Origin: Catajapyx aquilonaris
Lineage: Eukaryota
Reading direction: 5' to 3'
NCBI GenBank assembly: GCA_000934665.2
Contig: JYFJ02003732.1
Location: forward strand, 1 to 38,309
Length of the DNA: 38,309 nt
Every line of letters begins with the position of its first letter. Positions within the stretch are counted from its first letter, which is position 1. The position numbers and the translations under genes are program-made. Of this stretch, positions 1 to 10,717 are shown piece by piece. The notes under the pieces are model-generated. The model ran no database searches. It was given only the letters and a program-made list of their open reading frames with translations, and was not told the DNA's origin.

Positions 1-639
1 TCACTGGCACGGCAAAAATATTAAAATTCGCGCGTGTTCTTGCCGTGAAGTGCCATGGCCGCCGCCAAAACCATCAAAGATGGCAGACCTTTACGGCCTG
101 CCTGTACCCTATTTACACCTCGTTGGCCCCGTTTCAAAATGGCCGCCAGCCTTGGCTCCAAACAGAGAGACGCGCGAATCGAATGTTTGCGTCTCTTATG
201 TAGTATATGCTCCCTGTCCTGGCTCTCCATTATTATAATCGCCTTCGACTTCAAAGCGTGCGAGATGACCCTTCTCCTTCGTGGCACCGGAGAGAGCTAC
301 AGACGCGGTGAAAGGCGACCGCGACCGGGCAGCCGGGACGAGCGACGAGCGACCGGACGGAGGTGTTGTGGCTTTGGAACATCGCCTTTTGGCTGTATTT
401 TCACCCTGCTAACGTGGAAATTAGCAGCGGAGGTGATGTTTTCTTAGCACTATAGGCCAAGCCGAATTTAAAAATCCAAAAATTTAAAAATTCAGGAGGG
501 TAAGAAGAGTCACTTTGGTTGTCAGTGAACAACCCCCATCAGTTAGAAATTGTGCGATATTGGGCTTTTGCGATGGGATTAGATGCCTAAGCTATACCAG
601 GCTCCCAATTTTCAACTTTACGGCTCATTTATAAGTGGG

Positions 640-975
640 TTTCTCTAACTACGTAAAATAGAGAGAAATGCCTGGAAAGACATTCCAGTTTGAATATATT
701 TTCTTGCTGGATATTTACTGATAAATCCATATGTCCCAAATCCTACTGAAAAAGGAGACTTGGGCCTTGAGTTCATATTTATTGCAGTACCGGTACAGTA
801 CATGACATTGTGTTCGCTGGACATACTACCGTATAATAAGTGCGGTTCACTTCGGTTCTGTTCTTGGGAAGTTGTACTAACTATCAATAATGAAGTAAGG
901 GGCCAATATGCAAAGCTGCGGGTGTCACCAGTAGCCACTTGCCAGCGCATTATTACCCCAGGAAATAGCCATTAA
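640..975 (-). pseudogene. Decayed PIF/Harbinger transposase fragment
   Basis: The translation RWQVATGDTRSFAY resembles the Harbinger LRYLATGD.FRSLAY motif. Frameshifted; judged by eye only. Confidence 0.4.
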
Positions 976-1621
976 GTATATGAGAAATTTAACTAGTGAT
1001 AACTCTTCTAAACATGACGGTTACACCCCCAATTAAGGGGATCCCACCCCAACTGGGTATAATAAATATGCTTATGTCTATTCTAATGCTTATGGTATTT
1101 TGTGCTTATGTTTATGTGAATGAGGAATTATATTATTCTCTATCCTTTCTTGTAATGACCATGATATAGTCAGAATGTCGAAACTCGGAATTCTAACTCT
1201 TAAGAATTTTGACGTATGAAAGTTTCATCTCGAGCTATTAGTGTAATGCAACAATATTGACCCCCTGTGAAAGTGGCGCGATCTTGTTCTGAATGAAATT
1301 ATCTCATCCAGGGATACATAATATGTAGTTTAAATGTATTATTTACGATTAAAGCATATCTGCTTATTAAGAATATTCACTCTTGTCTATGCATAAGCCG
1401 CTATACTTTTTCATCTCTAAAATGCTAATCAAAGAACTGTGTTTTGCGTTTGAGTATAGGTTAGAATGAAAAGGGCCCACAAGTCTGCTCTTCCCAACTT
1501 CACAAAAGATTATGTGTTCCAGGCTGAATTATTGCGGGAAGAAGCTTATTTCCAGTAACCTTCTCAAACATACGAGTATTATACACAGGGTTCGGAAATT
1601 TAATCTCCAGTCGCTTTGAGA

Positions 1622-1987
1622 AATGATATATGGGTTCGGCGATCACTTTGAGCAAATGCAACATGGGTCTCCGACACCTCTACGTAGTTACCGAGATAAT
1701 GTGCTTCAAACACAAGGTATAAAATATCCTAGCATGTATGCGTCCCTCCACGCGACCTTATCTTCTTCATTTAAATTTAAGGGGTTACCAAGTAATTTAA
1801 TTTTAATGTATGGTCCTGCTAGGTGTAGCAGGGAATGTCCTAGGCGATGGAAGTGTCGTAAGCAGTATCCGAAACCTATAAGCTGAGGTAATGCACTTTT
1901 TATTTGATTCTCATTATCTCGGTAACTATGCGTCGGAGACCCATGTTGCATATACTCAAAGTGATCGCCTAGAACCCATCTATCATT
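1622..1987. mobile_element. Foldback MITE-like element
   Basis: About 88-bp inverted arms at 1622-1710 and 1902-1987 (GGCGATCACTTTGAG...ATGCAACATGGGTCTCCGAC...TAGTTACCGAGATAATG). Confidence 0.8.
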
Positions 1988-2004
1988 ATATTCTCGCATA
2001 TGCT

Positions 2005-2190
2005 GTCTGCCATATCGGATCTGCCATTTTAAATTTTAAATTTTTGACGTCGAATCTGAAATCAGCGCCACTGAAAACCATTACATAAAAATTTCTGCAT
2101 TTTCGGCCGTGTATTTGCTTATTATCGGAGCCGAGATCGGAGGGAGCGCGCTCGGCGGCAGGAAAATGCCTTGGTTCGTTACCGTCCAAA
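2005..2190. repeat. Interspersed repeat fragment (DNA-transposon subterminal-type)
   Basis: GCCATATCGGATCTGCCATTTTAAATTTT...GAATCTGAAATCAGCG...AAAACC resembles a motif I recall from arthropod non-autonomous elements. CCTTGGTTCGTTACCG recurs at about 2169 and 4275. Confidence 0.45.
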
Positions 2191-3969
2191 TAAACACATG
2201 AAGGTATGGTATTGGGCTGAATCTTTGCACACTGCTGTATTGCACGACTCCCACGGAGGTTTGCAAGTTTGACGCTCCAAATCATTGGTACAGGGTGCGT
2301 ACGGGAATTTTTTTGTAATTTCTGGAAACGAACCAAAGCTTTCGGATGACTCTGGTTCGTTACTGAAACTGACGCACACAGAGATCACCCTCCGACAATT
2401 TAAGCACATCAATCGAAAGAGGACATCAAGATGCATCCAGCAGACATGCCTGAGAAGTGATCGAATGAATGGCAATGCTTATACAGAGGCGCCAAAAGCC
2501 GCGCGTGTCCCCAGACGCCAAAAGGCCGTCTGCGCGCACAGTTGAACGTACACGAGCAGCTGGTGCCAAAGAACAGCAACACTGGGCAATTTTAAGGTTG
2601 GCATTGTTTAGTAGAGATGTTGAGCATCCGATTGGTGTGATCAAACGCGGTATCCAACGAAAAAAATAATCGTCGCTTCATGTCCGCTCTATATCGCAAA
2701 AATGCCCTTTAATATTTGTGAAAATACAACTGCAATATTTGAACTAGATTTTTGACAAAGTGGGGAATTCGGCAGAATGCACCACTGACATGAAACGAAA
2801 AGAGCGCCAAGTATTATGAAGTTTATAGAATCATTACATGACCAGGTGGTGTGTATGTCGTCCTCCTTTTCCTGTGATACAATACAAGAAAGTAATGAGG
2901 TAATTGCAGCTGGCCTTTTAACAGTAACTTAAAGCTAATTGATTATTACTATGATCATTTCTTTTCAATTCAACTCACACAGGCGATGTTATGGGACTGC
3001 TATGCTTTCCGCTCAAAATCTTGATCATTCAAAAAAATTCGAACCTCATTGTGAGATTTCCAGGGGAGTATTCAGAAATGCATTAAATTTATCTCATTGC
3101 ACGCAGTGCGAGATGATTTTTCAGGTCAAGAAGTGTCAGAGAGGCTGACATACTGTATTACAGCGATAAATTCCATAAGCATTTCTTCAGTAATCATTAC
3201 AATGAAGAACTGAAATGCAAAACGGTCAGAATCATATTTTTAAAGATTTTAACATATAGTCCTCGAAGGGCACTTTCTGATGTTAAAGTCAGATTTCTGA
3301 TAGAGAAATTACAGCCCCTTCGAGGAAGTTGTGAAAAAATTTCCCCTAAGGAATAATACAAGCATAAAACTTCAAATCCGCATAGTGTATCGAAATTAGT
3401 GATCGTCTGTATTGCAGGTCAAGTATCTTGGCATAATTTTATGCAATACTGTGTGTAATATACTCACAGAAAATAACATTCAACTGACCCTGAGGAACGA
3501 GGTCAGGCTAAAATTGTAGAGTGACTGCTTCTCCTCATTAGCATAGATTATCCTTTTTCTGGCGGGAGTGGAGCCTATTTGAAAATAAAATATTACCATA
3601 TGAAGGGTGCTTCAAGAGAGGTGTCCCTTTATTTAGCCTTTTTCTTATTCTTCCTAAGCTACTTATTTTAAGAGCAGTTGAGAACAGTGGATCAGTTACT
3701 TTCAGCAGTTATCACGTACTAACTGCTAAAATTAGACTGAATTGAGTCACCAATCCAGGCTCTGAATTGTGATACAGTATTTCCGATTGGCCAATTGGAA
3801 CAGTTGGGATCAAACATTAACAGTAAAAATATTGCACGTTGAACCTCTTGCATGCAAAAAGGACCAAATACGGAACCAAATATTATCAGCTAATATAATG
3901 ATAACCTCTAAAATACCGGCAGTTACAAAGTAACTGCTTAATTACAAGCACCTCATGCGAAAAAAAAAT

Positions 3970-4200
3970 ACTGAGAGAACCACCTGCTTTGGAACACACG
4001 GAATGCATTATTTAGAATGCCCCAAAATAACTAGTTAATAGGGCATGAATAATATTTCAGCTCCTTTGTGACTTACGTAGGCTATGTCAAATAATGCAAA
4101 CAATAGGTTACATAATATAGGCTATTATAGTTCGTGTCATACTTTATCCTACCTGGTACATTGCCCTCTGTATCGACGAAATGGTACCGTGCCATTCAGG
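3970..4200 (+). pseudogene. Possible decayed piggyBac transposase fragment
   Basis: PG...LCIDEMVP at 4152-4189 (cf. the PG..LCIDESMVPF.GR catalytic motif), preceded by WNTRNALFRMP. Frameshifted. Confidence 0.35.
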
Positions 4201-5184
4201 TAAGCCTGTATGAAAATTATACTGCACCTTGGAACATGGAAAATCGCAATGAAAGTTTTAAAAAATCGTCCGAACCTTGGTTCGTTACCGCAAAAATGCC
4301 CTAAACTGATCTTAGTGGTGTAAGTGTGCCAATGGATTTAATTAAATTGTTTTATTGCATTAATTTAAATGAATTGTAAATTTGACCTTACCTTGGTCTC
4401 GGAACAGCCCACGCCAACTGGCGAATCCCTAAAACTACTAAATTCTAAAATCGCCAGTGTGTATATCCATTTATTTATACTTTTCATTGTTGTAGAGCTG
4501 GTCCTTGCATCATCTCTCCTCGGGTGCTCATGCATTACTGAAGTCAGCGAAATAATGATCGGCTTATAGCAATATGATTTTGAATCCACCATTTAGAAAA
4601 CATTGCCAAGACTATTACGATAGATAAGTAATTTCAAGTGCAAAATTCACTTTGTTTTCACCCCTTTTTAAAGGTGACATCAAAATTAAATTGCTTATTG
4701 GTATTGTATTTTTCCAATGTTGATGCGTTTTTGCAATGGTATTTTCTTCTAAAAACTAAGAACGTCGGTGGGTAGTGTGATTAGTAGTTTTTTCGAATAT
4801 GACAGATCATTACATATCTGTTATAAGAGCATGTTATATGCACCTATCAGGTACAGTACATCCTCTTCAGTATAATTATTGGTGTCTGAATGTTGATTTC
4901 TTTATTCTTAAGGGTGTGAGAATATAATATCTTATATGAGAATGATATGAAGCTGTTTAATTTTGGTAATATTGATCAGCAAAATACGGTCAAATTTGTA
5001 TCATTAAAGCATATCCTAATTAGCGTAAGATTATATTTATAATATATCTGAATCCAATGGCAGAGTAGTTATTTGGTGGATCAGAACACCATTGAAAAAA
5101 GGCAAATCGCTGTGCTGGGTCACTATTATTATTTTGATTACTGGTATGAAAATCTTTGAATTATATTACAACTGCTAAGAGGAA

Positions 5185-7867
5185 AGGGGATTTTATCCTA
5201 TTGTTTTATTATAATAAATAATCATCATCATCACCATCATCCTCAGTGTTGTCGTCATCAATAACTCACAACTGAAATACTCATGCGAATCATTAACCGC
5301 AAGGGACATGTGAAAGTAGACAATTAAAACAGTTGACATGGTCAATAACTTATTGTGTATTCCTTTGGCAATGCTTTCTCTACAAAAACTTTACAGAAAA
5401 CATGTAAATTATACCTGAGAGTATCTACGAGCCTAATATGAAGGTGTCTTGTACAGCTTATGAAGGAAACGCTGATCAAAATAGGAGCATGGGGAAGGAA
5501 AGTAAGACATCATTATTTCAGGTTTTCCAGGACCAGATTCACAAATTGTAAACGCAATGTTAAAAAGGTTACATAGTTTACAATGTAATTTTTGCTAAGG
5601 CATCGACGCTATGCTTAAAATATTGAAAGTGAACATAATTGAGCGACTATTGCAATACGAGTATAAGTATGTTTTAGTGACAAAAACTACTAAATTATTT
5701 TCCGGAAAGCAAGATGTACAAAAGACTATCCGTGATGAGCAGTGGAAAATGTTACATGCCAGCTATCATTAGTCATAGAAGGTTAACAAGCAGGTGACAA
5801 CTGCGCTTGGTCACGGATTTCTGTCTCTACAAATTACCTAGGGCTGCTACTGGATCATGGCGTGTGTAACCTTCCATTTGGCTCTGCCATGATGATTAGG
5901 GTTAATTCGAATACAAGTGAACAGACTGATGATATTGTTTTTATTACCAATGTCAGACAACTTGTGGGAATTTACAAGTTTAAGAAATATTTGTCAATTT
6001 TACCATGACAATAATGGCTTGGAGTTTAATTGTCATATCAAGTGTATGTTAATATTTAGATAATCAAACATTATAAATGCACTGAAAGGGGGAAGAGAGA
6101 AACATTATAATTAATATTGTTCACAAATAATAATCATTCTTCATTAACACTGAGAATATTCATCATGGGGGAGCCAAAGGAATGTCGACATGACATGACA
6201 CTCCATCACACGATGTGGAAAGTGGGATTTCTTTTTCACATTCTGTAGCATTACTCTTTTGACATATCTCTTCATTTTACCAACTGTGGTAAGTAAACAT
6301 AGGTAGCCAAGCTTTTTTTTAAATCATAGTTTCATTTTCTCACCATCACATAGTTTTCATTGAACATTCCTATTTCGGTATACACATAATGCCCTAAGAA
6401 TGTCTTAATTACAACAGAGTAGGCCTGTTACTCTATCATTGTTATATCTAACGTGTGAAAATCTACCTTATGCCTACATATTCCTAGACTTTGTACACAT
6501 AAATACCTGTAGTAATTATTGTGCTCTGAATGCTGAAATCAAAATAATGTACACAGTTCTGTTTGGAGACGAGAGCAACGTACATAATTGTGCTGGGTGC
6601 TTGTGTCACGGACAATCTCATGTAAGGACTAGTCAACATTTCGGTCTCCCCTCCTCATACTTGGCAGGTTTGTCACCAATCCCAATCAGTCCTGCACGAA
6701 ATGACACAACCTTGTAAAAATCGGTACAACACGACATAGGAATGGAAAGGAAATCCCTATTGCCATTTATCAGTCTTGCAATACTCGTCTCTCTTTCTAT
6801 CTCTCTTTCTCGATCCTCTCTTTTACAGTCACTCTTCCTTTCTGCCCTCACTCATTCTCTTACACTCTGTCAGTGCCTACACTTACCAAAACTATGAGAG
6901 TTCAATCATCACTATGCGAACCATGCACTCAATCTGAATCCTCACTTTCCAGTATAAACTACAAACATACACACTCGTACACACAGTGCCGCATAACGTA
7001 ACTTTGACTGAGAGACTGTGCATAAATTCACATATTTTCAACATTACAAAGAGTAAAATAATTTTTGCACAGTCCACAGTACTATGGCTAGTATTACTAA
7101 CAGGCACGTCCTTTATTTTTAGTCTATCCCCCCTAAAGAACAGGGTTGGAATGAAACCTTTTAAATGTATTGTCCTGAGATGCGAATCTTTCACATATCA
7201 GTACGACACATTTTCTGGCCTTTAATACACAGATAGTATTATTTATATACATGTCTGAGAGAATTGGATTCGGAAGACCGTCATAGGTGTGGGTGTGTAA
7301 TATATTACAAATCACCAAGACCGCCTAACGATCAGTATTCTCATGTAAGTTTGTTACACATCAATGTGCAGAGCAAATAAGTCGTCGTGTGACACACATT
7401 TCAGTTGTTGTTTAGCTCCCATTAGGCTTTCTGACTATGCAAACGAGCATGCTGCCCTGGCCAGTCCACATCCTAGTACTCTACTTCCTCACACACCTGC
7501 ACAGAGTCAAGACGTGGCTGTAGCAAGGGATTAACTAATGGGGCCTCTAAACAAAAATCAACATTGGAACATAAAATACTTTGTACCTTTTCAGCATTAC
7601 GCCTCGTCAGCAAGGTTTTCTTAATTTTAACTATTTACGCTCTAACATTAAATTAAAGAATAAACTACTCATGCCATATTGGAAGTCTGTGTCGCGTTCA
7701 CAGTCACAGTCTTTCGACACAATCCACTGCACTTGAGGAAACGTAGCACTGTGTGGCCACTGCGATATGTATGTGACGAGAGACGTCCTCTCTAACAATT
7801 GGGCGTTGACCACACGGACGAAGGAGAGAGGACTAGATGTCCAACCGAGCAACCAACCCCGAAAGAG
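5185..7867 (-). other. Putative noggin 3' UTR (extent uncertain)
   Basis: No obvious TE and UG/UGUA-rich on the minus strand. Minus-strand AATAAA at 7112-7117, 5940-5945 and 5205-5210. A Pumilio-type UGUAUAUA at 7244-7251. Confidence 0.35.
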
Positions 7868-8659
7868 TTAGGAGTTTCGAGAGATGCATGAACAGGAGCA
7901 TCCGGTGATGATGGGGAACCGTACTGGCAGCCATTTGCAAACGCGGCTGAGGTCCCAGTCCTGGCAATGCCACCGCAGGACTACCTTCTCCTCGGAGCGT
8001 GACGCTTGGCACCCCATGCCCGGGGGAATCGAGCAGGAGTGGTCTTTGGGGCACTCCCCCGTCTTCAGCCAACGAGGCCAGAAGCGAAGTCCTAAGTCAC
8101 TCCACTTCCAGACCACGGGACAGGCGGTGTATGCCCACAAGAATTGCTGCAGCTTGCGCCTCAGCTTCCGGGTGACGCGGGTGCGGAGTCGGGTGCCGTC
8201 TGGAAGGCGCAAGTGCTTGAAGTCCAAGCGACGTAACGGGCGCGGTAAAGACCCCAGAGGGACCAGTCTTCCACGTTGGTTGCGCCTGAAGGGAAACTCC
8301 ACCGTGCCGTTGGGACGCTGGCTGGCATCCACGGGCTTCTTCACGCTCATGAATCTTGGATCAAAATGGCGCCCTAGCCGCATCCGGAGAGCCATGGGTT
8401 CCAGGTCCTCCTGGCGGGGATCGTACCGTCGACCGGAAGGCTCGATCAGGCCGGTAATGGGCAAATCCAGCGACGGGCTAGGACGGAGACCCTGGTCCCA
8501 GGGTGATGGGGATTGAGGGCGACGGGTACGCACCCTGGTGCTTGTTGATGGGGAGCGGTTGCTGCTGTCGGGCTGCGATGTGGGTGCCGCGGTGCTGCCT
8601 ACCAGAAGAAGCAGGCAGTAGTATGTGATGACAACCAGTCCAGTGCCTTTCAGGCCGTT
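7868..8659 (-). CDS. nog: Noggin (canonical type), main coding exon, 263 aa plus stop
   Basis: The translation has the Noggin clip region (LRPSPSLDLPITGLIE...YDPRQEDL...LGRHFDPRFMS), the basic heparin-binding patch (RVTRKLRRKLQQFLW) and the 9-Cys cystine-knot domain (CPVVWKWSDLGLRFWPRWLKTGEC...CSIPPGMGC...LRWHC...CKW..V..PII..CSCSC). The ORF-track start at 8716 is a TTG directly preceded by an in-frame TAG. A polypyrimidine tract plus acceptor (gccctttccctctttttgcag|AAC) ends at 8660, phase 0. Confidence 0.96.
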   Translation of the reverse strand, partial: NGLKGTGLVVITYYCLLLLVGSTAAPTSQPDSSNRSPSTSTRVRTRRPQSPSPWDQGLRPSPSLDLPITGLIEPSGRRYDPRQEDLEPMALRMRLGRHFDPRFMSVKKPVDASQRPNGTVEFPFRRNQRGRLVPLGSLPRPLRRLDFKHLRLPDGTRLRTRVTRKLRRKLQQFLWAYTACPVVWKWSDLGLRFWPRWLKTGECPKDHSCSIPPGMGCQASRSEEKVVLRWHCQDWDLSRVCKWLPVRFPIITGCSCSCISRNS

Positions 8660-9179
8660 CTGCAAAAAGAGGGAAAGGGCTCGCCAGGTCAAGGGTGCCA
8701 GATGAGTCGCTTGCAACTACTCAGATAGGACTACACGACATAACAGGCACGAGAGGATGAGTTTCTTGTCTTAAATGTTATGGCGTCGGCCAGCCGACAA
8801 ACTAGTCACGACCTAGAAGATGACCTTTTTCAGTTGCGCAAATTGAGCTTGTGTGACAGTTTGTTCGTCCTTTAAGTCTAACGTCACGAAATTGCGCTCT
8901 ATTTCAAAGTGGGTGCCCTCTGAAGTAGGTAAAAGCACCAGCAGCAACCACTTCAGTGGCCGCTCTAATGCGAGAGTAATCGCGGAAGTCCTCGTCAGTT
9001 ATGGTATCGAGAGTGGATTGGAAAAGAATGCCACATGCATTATTCAAATTATCACCGTAACTTACATGCGTGAAATGTGTAAGGTCGATTGCAAGTATGC
9101 AACTGGTGCATTGGCATTTTAAAATGCCCTTTGCTACTGTAAAGGTGATGTGGCACTTCCAACCATAACAGTGATATTA

Positions 9180-9520
9180 TCATTATTCTTCGTCTTTTGG
9201 CATAAGGCAGATCTCACCCACCGCCTTATTTGAATGCCTGAACATTGAATTCCTGACAACCAAACCCACTAACTTGGGTGATAAAATGCTCCGCAAGAAG
9301 CGGAGTTTTCATGCATTGTGTATGCGTATGCGTTCCGACGTACTCTAAAAATAGGCTACTATACCTTGTCTCAAATGAATGACATGGCAACAACGCGTTT
9401 TCCCGATCTTATTATCGCCCTAAGTTATCGCATTGGGTTGTCACCTTGTCAGAAGTTGTCGCTTTAAAATAAGGCAGTGGGTATGTGGGATATGTCTTAT
9501 GCCAAAGACGAATAAAATGA
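9180..9520. mobile_element. Older foldback MITE
   Basis: About 105-bp diverged inverted arms (TTCGTCTTTTGGCATAAG...CCCACCGCCTTATT versus AATAAGGCAGTGGG...CTTATGCCAAAGACGAA). Confidence 0.75.
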
Positions 9521-9808
9521 GCCTGCAGAGAGAAAGTGCAATACGCTCCTAGCAATCAGGCTAAAGAGTAGCATTATAGTTCTTATAAAGTGTTTCGAGA
9601 ATTCATTGCCCCTTGGATGCATCAATTATTTAACATCACACAGGCCAAAATTTCTACCATCGCTTTATACGGAAGTGATTGAAAGTCAAGTTCTGTGTGT
9701 TTTCATGGGCCATCTAATCCGGCCCTGTTAAATTACCTATGGCGTTTCGAGATAATGAGGTCCAAATGTACTGTTTATGAGCCATTCTTTGTTAATATCT
9801 TGTGAATT

Positions 9809-10057
9809 GAAGGGTGGACAATGCAAAGGTCCTAAGTGCCAAAAAATCCGGATTTGAGTTATGAGTGTCAAGGTATCCTATGTGTCATCGCCAATGTTGG
9901 GTAGAAGTCCCAAGTGCCAGAAAAATCAGTACGGTTCTGCATTTGGCCAGTAGATGGTGAGGTTGCCTATTTGGTTTTGTTTTGTTGAGGAGAAAGAAAC
10001 GTGCATAACTCAAAATCAGGGTTTTGGCACTTAGGACCTTTGCATTGTCTACCCTTC
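9809..10057. mobile_element. MITE with AATT target-site duplication (Sola1-like)
   Basis: TIR GAAGGGTRGACAATGCAAAGGTCCTAAGTGCCAAAA is near-perfect at both ends and extends imperfectly to about 55 bp. AATT at 9805-9808 and 10058-10061; an AWWT TSD is characteristic of Sola1. Confidence 0.85.
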
Positions 10058-10322
10058 AATTATTCATGGCTTTCTCTTCAAAAGGCGATATCGACTTTCA
10101 AATACGACAGACACCGTGCTGTGTTTCATGAACTACCGGTACCGTATATCAAAGATTTGGAGCTAAGTAGTTGAGTGATGCACACATCAAGGAAGTATAG
10201 CAGGATTATTAATCAAAACATTTTACCTTCCTGATATTTTAGCTGTGACGTGTGCAGTGTGCACATATCCTGCACACACAAAATTCTGTCACAAGCTATT
10301 TCCCTACACCAATTTATCTCTA

Positions 10323-10717
10323 CAGGGTGTTCCCGAATTCGTCTGACAAAATTATATGGGTGGTAGGGGGTGGTAGGGGGTATGGAATAAGCATGGCATG
10401 GGCCCGAAAGGCCTGAGACAATGTTGACGTCGACGATGACTATCTTGACAAGTATGGATACCCCCATGCATGCCTGCATTGCTGGTTGCCGGAGTCCGGC
10501 CCTAGCCCTCCCAAACCATTGCTCAACCGCCTGACTCCGGCAACCAGCAAAGCAGGCATGGACAGGGATATCCAAACTTGTAAGGATGCACTTCGTCGAT
10601 GTTAAAGGTCGACATCTCCTAGACGTAGCGTAGACGGCCTTTCGGACCCATGCCATGCCTTTACCATACGCATTACCACCCATATCATTTTGGCAGAAGA
10701 ATTTGGGAACACCCTTG
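10323..10717. mobile_element. Tc1/mariner-type palindromic MITE
   Basis: TA-CAGGGTGTTCCC...GGGAACACCCTTG-TA. The arms pair over about 170 bp (e.g. GCATGGCATGGGCCCGAAAGGCC / GGCCTTTCGGACCCATGCCATGC and TGCTGGTTGCCGGAGTC / GACTCCGGCAACCAGCA). Confidence 0.9.

Noticed and set aside
7884..8516. 210-aa plus-strand ORF
   Set aside because: Antisense shadow of the GC-rich noggin exon; no recognisable domain.
8660..8716. ORF-track N-terminus MQATHLAPLTWRALSLFLQ
   Set aside because: Starts at TTG right after a stop codon and runs through the branch point and polypyrimidine tract; it is intronic.
9060..9180. GTAAGT donor at ~9065 as a nearby first exon
   Set aside because: No ATG in the required phase-0 frame before an upstream stop.
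10213..10683. 156-aa minus-strand ORF
   Set aside because: Mostly lies within a palindromic MITE; not transposase-like.
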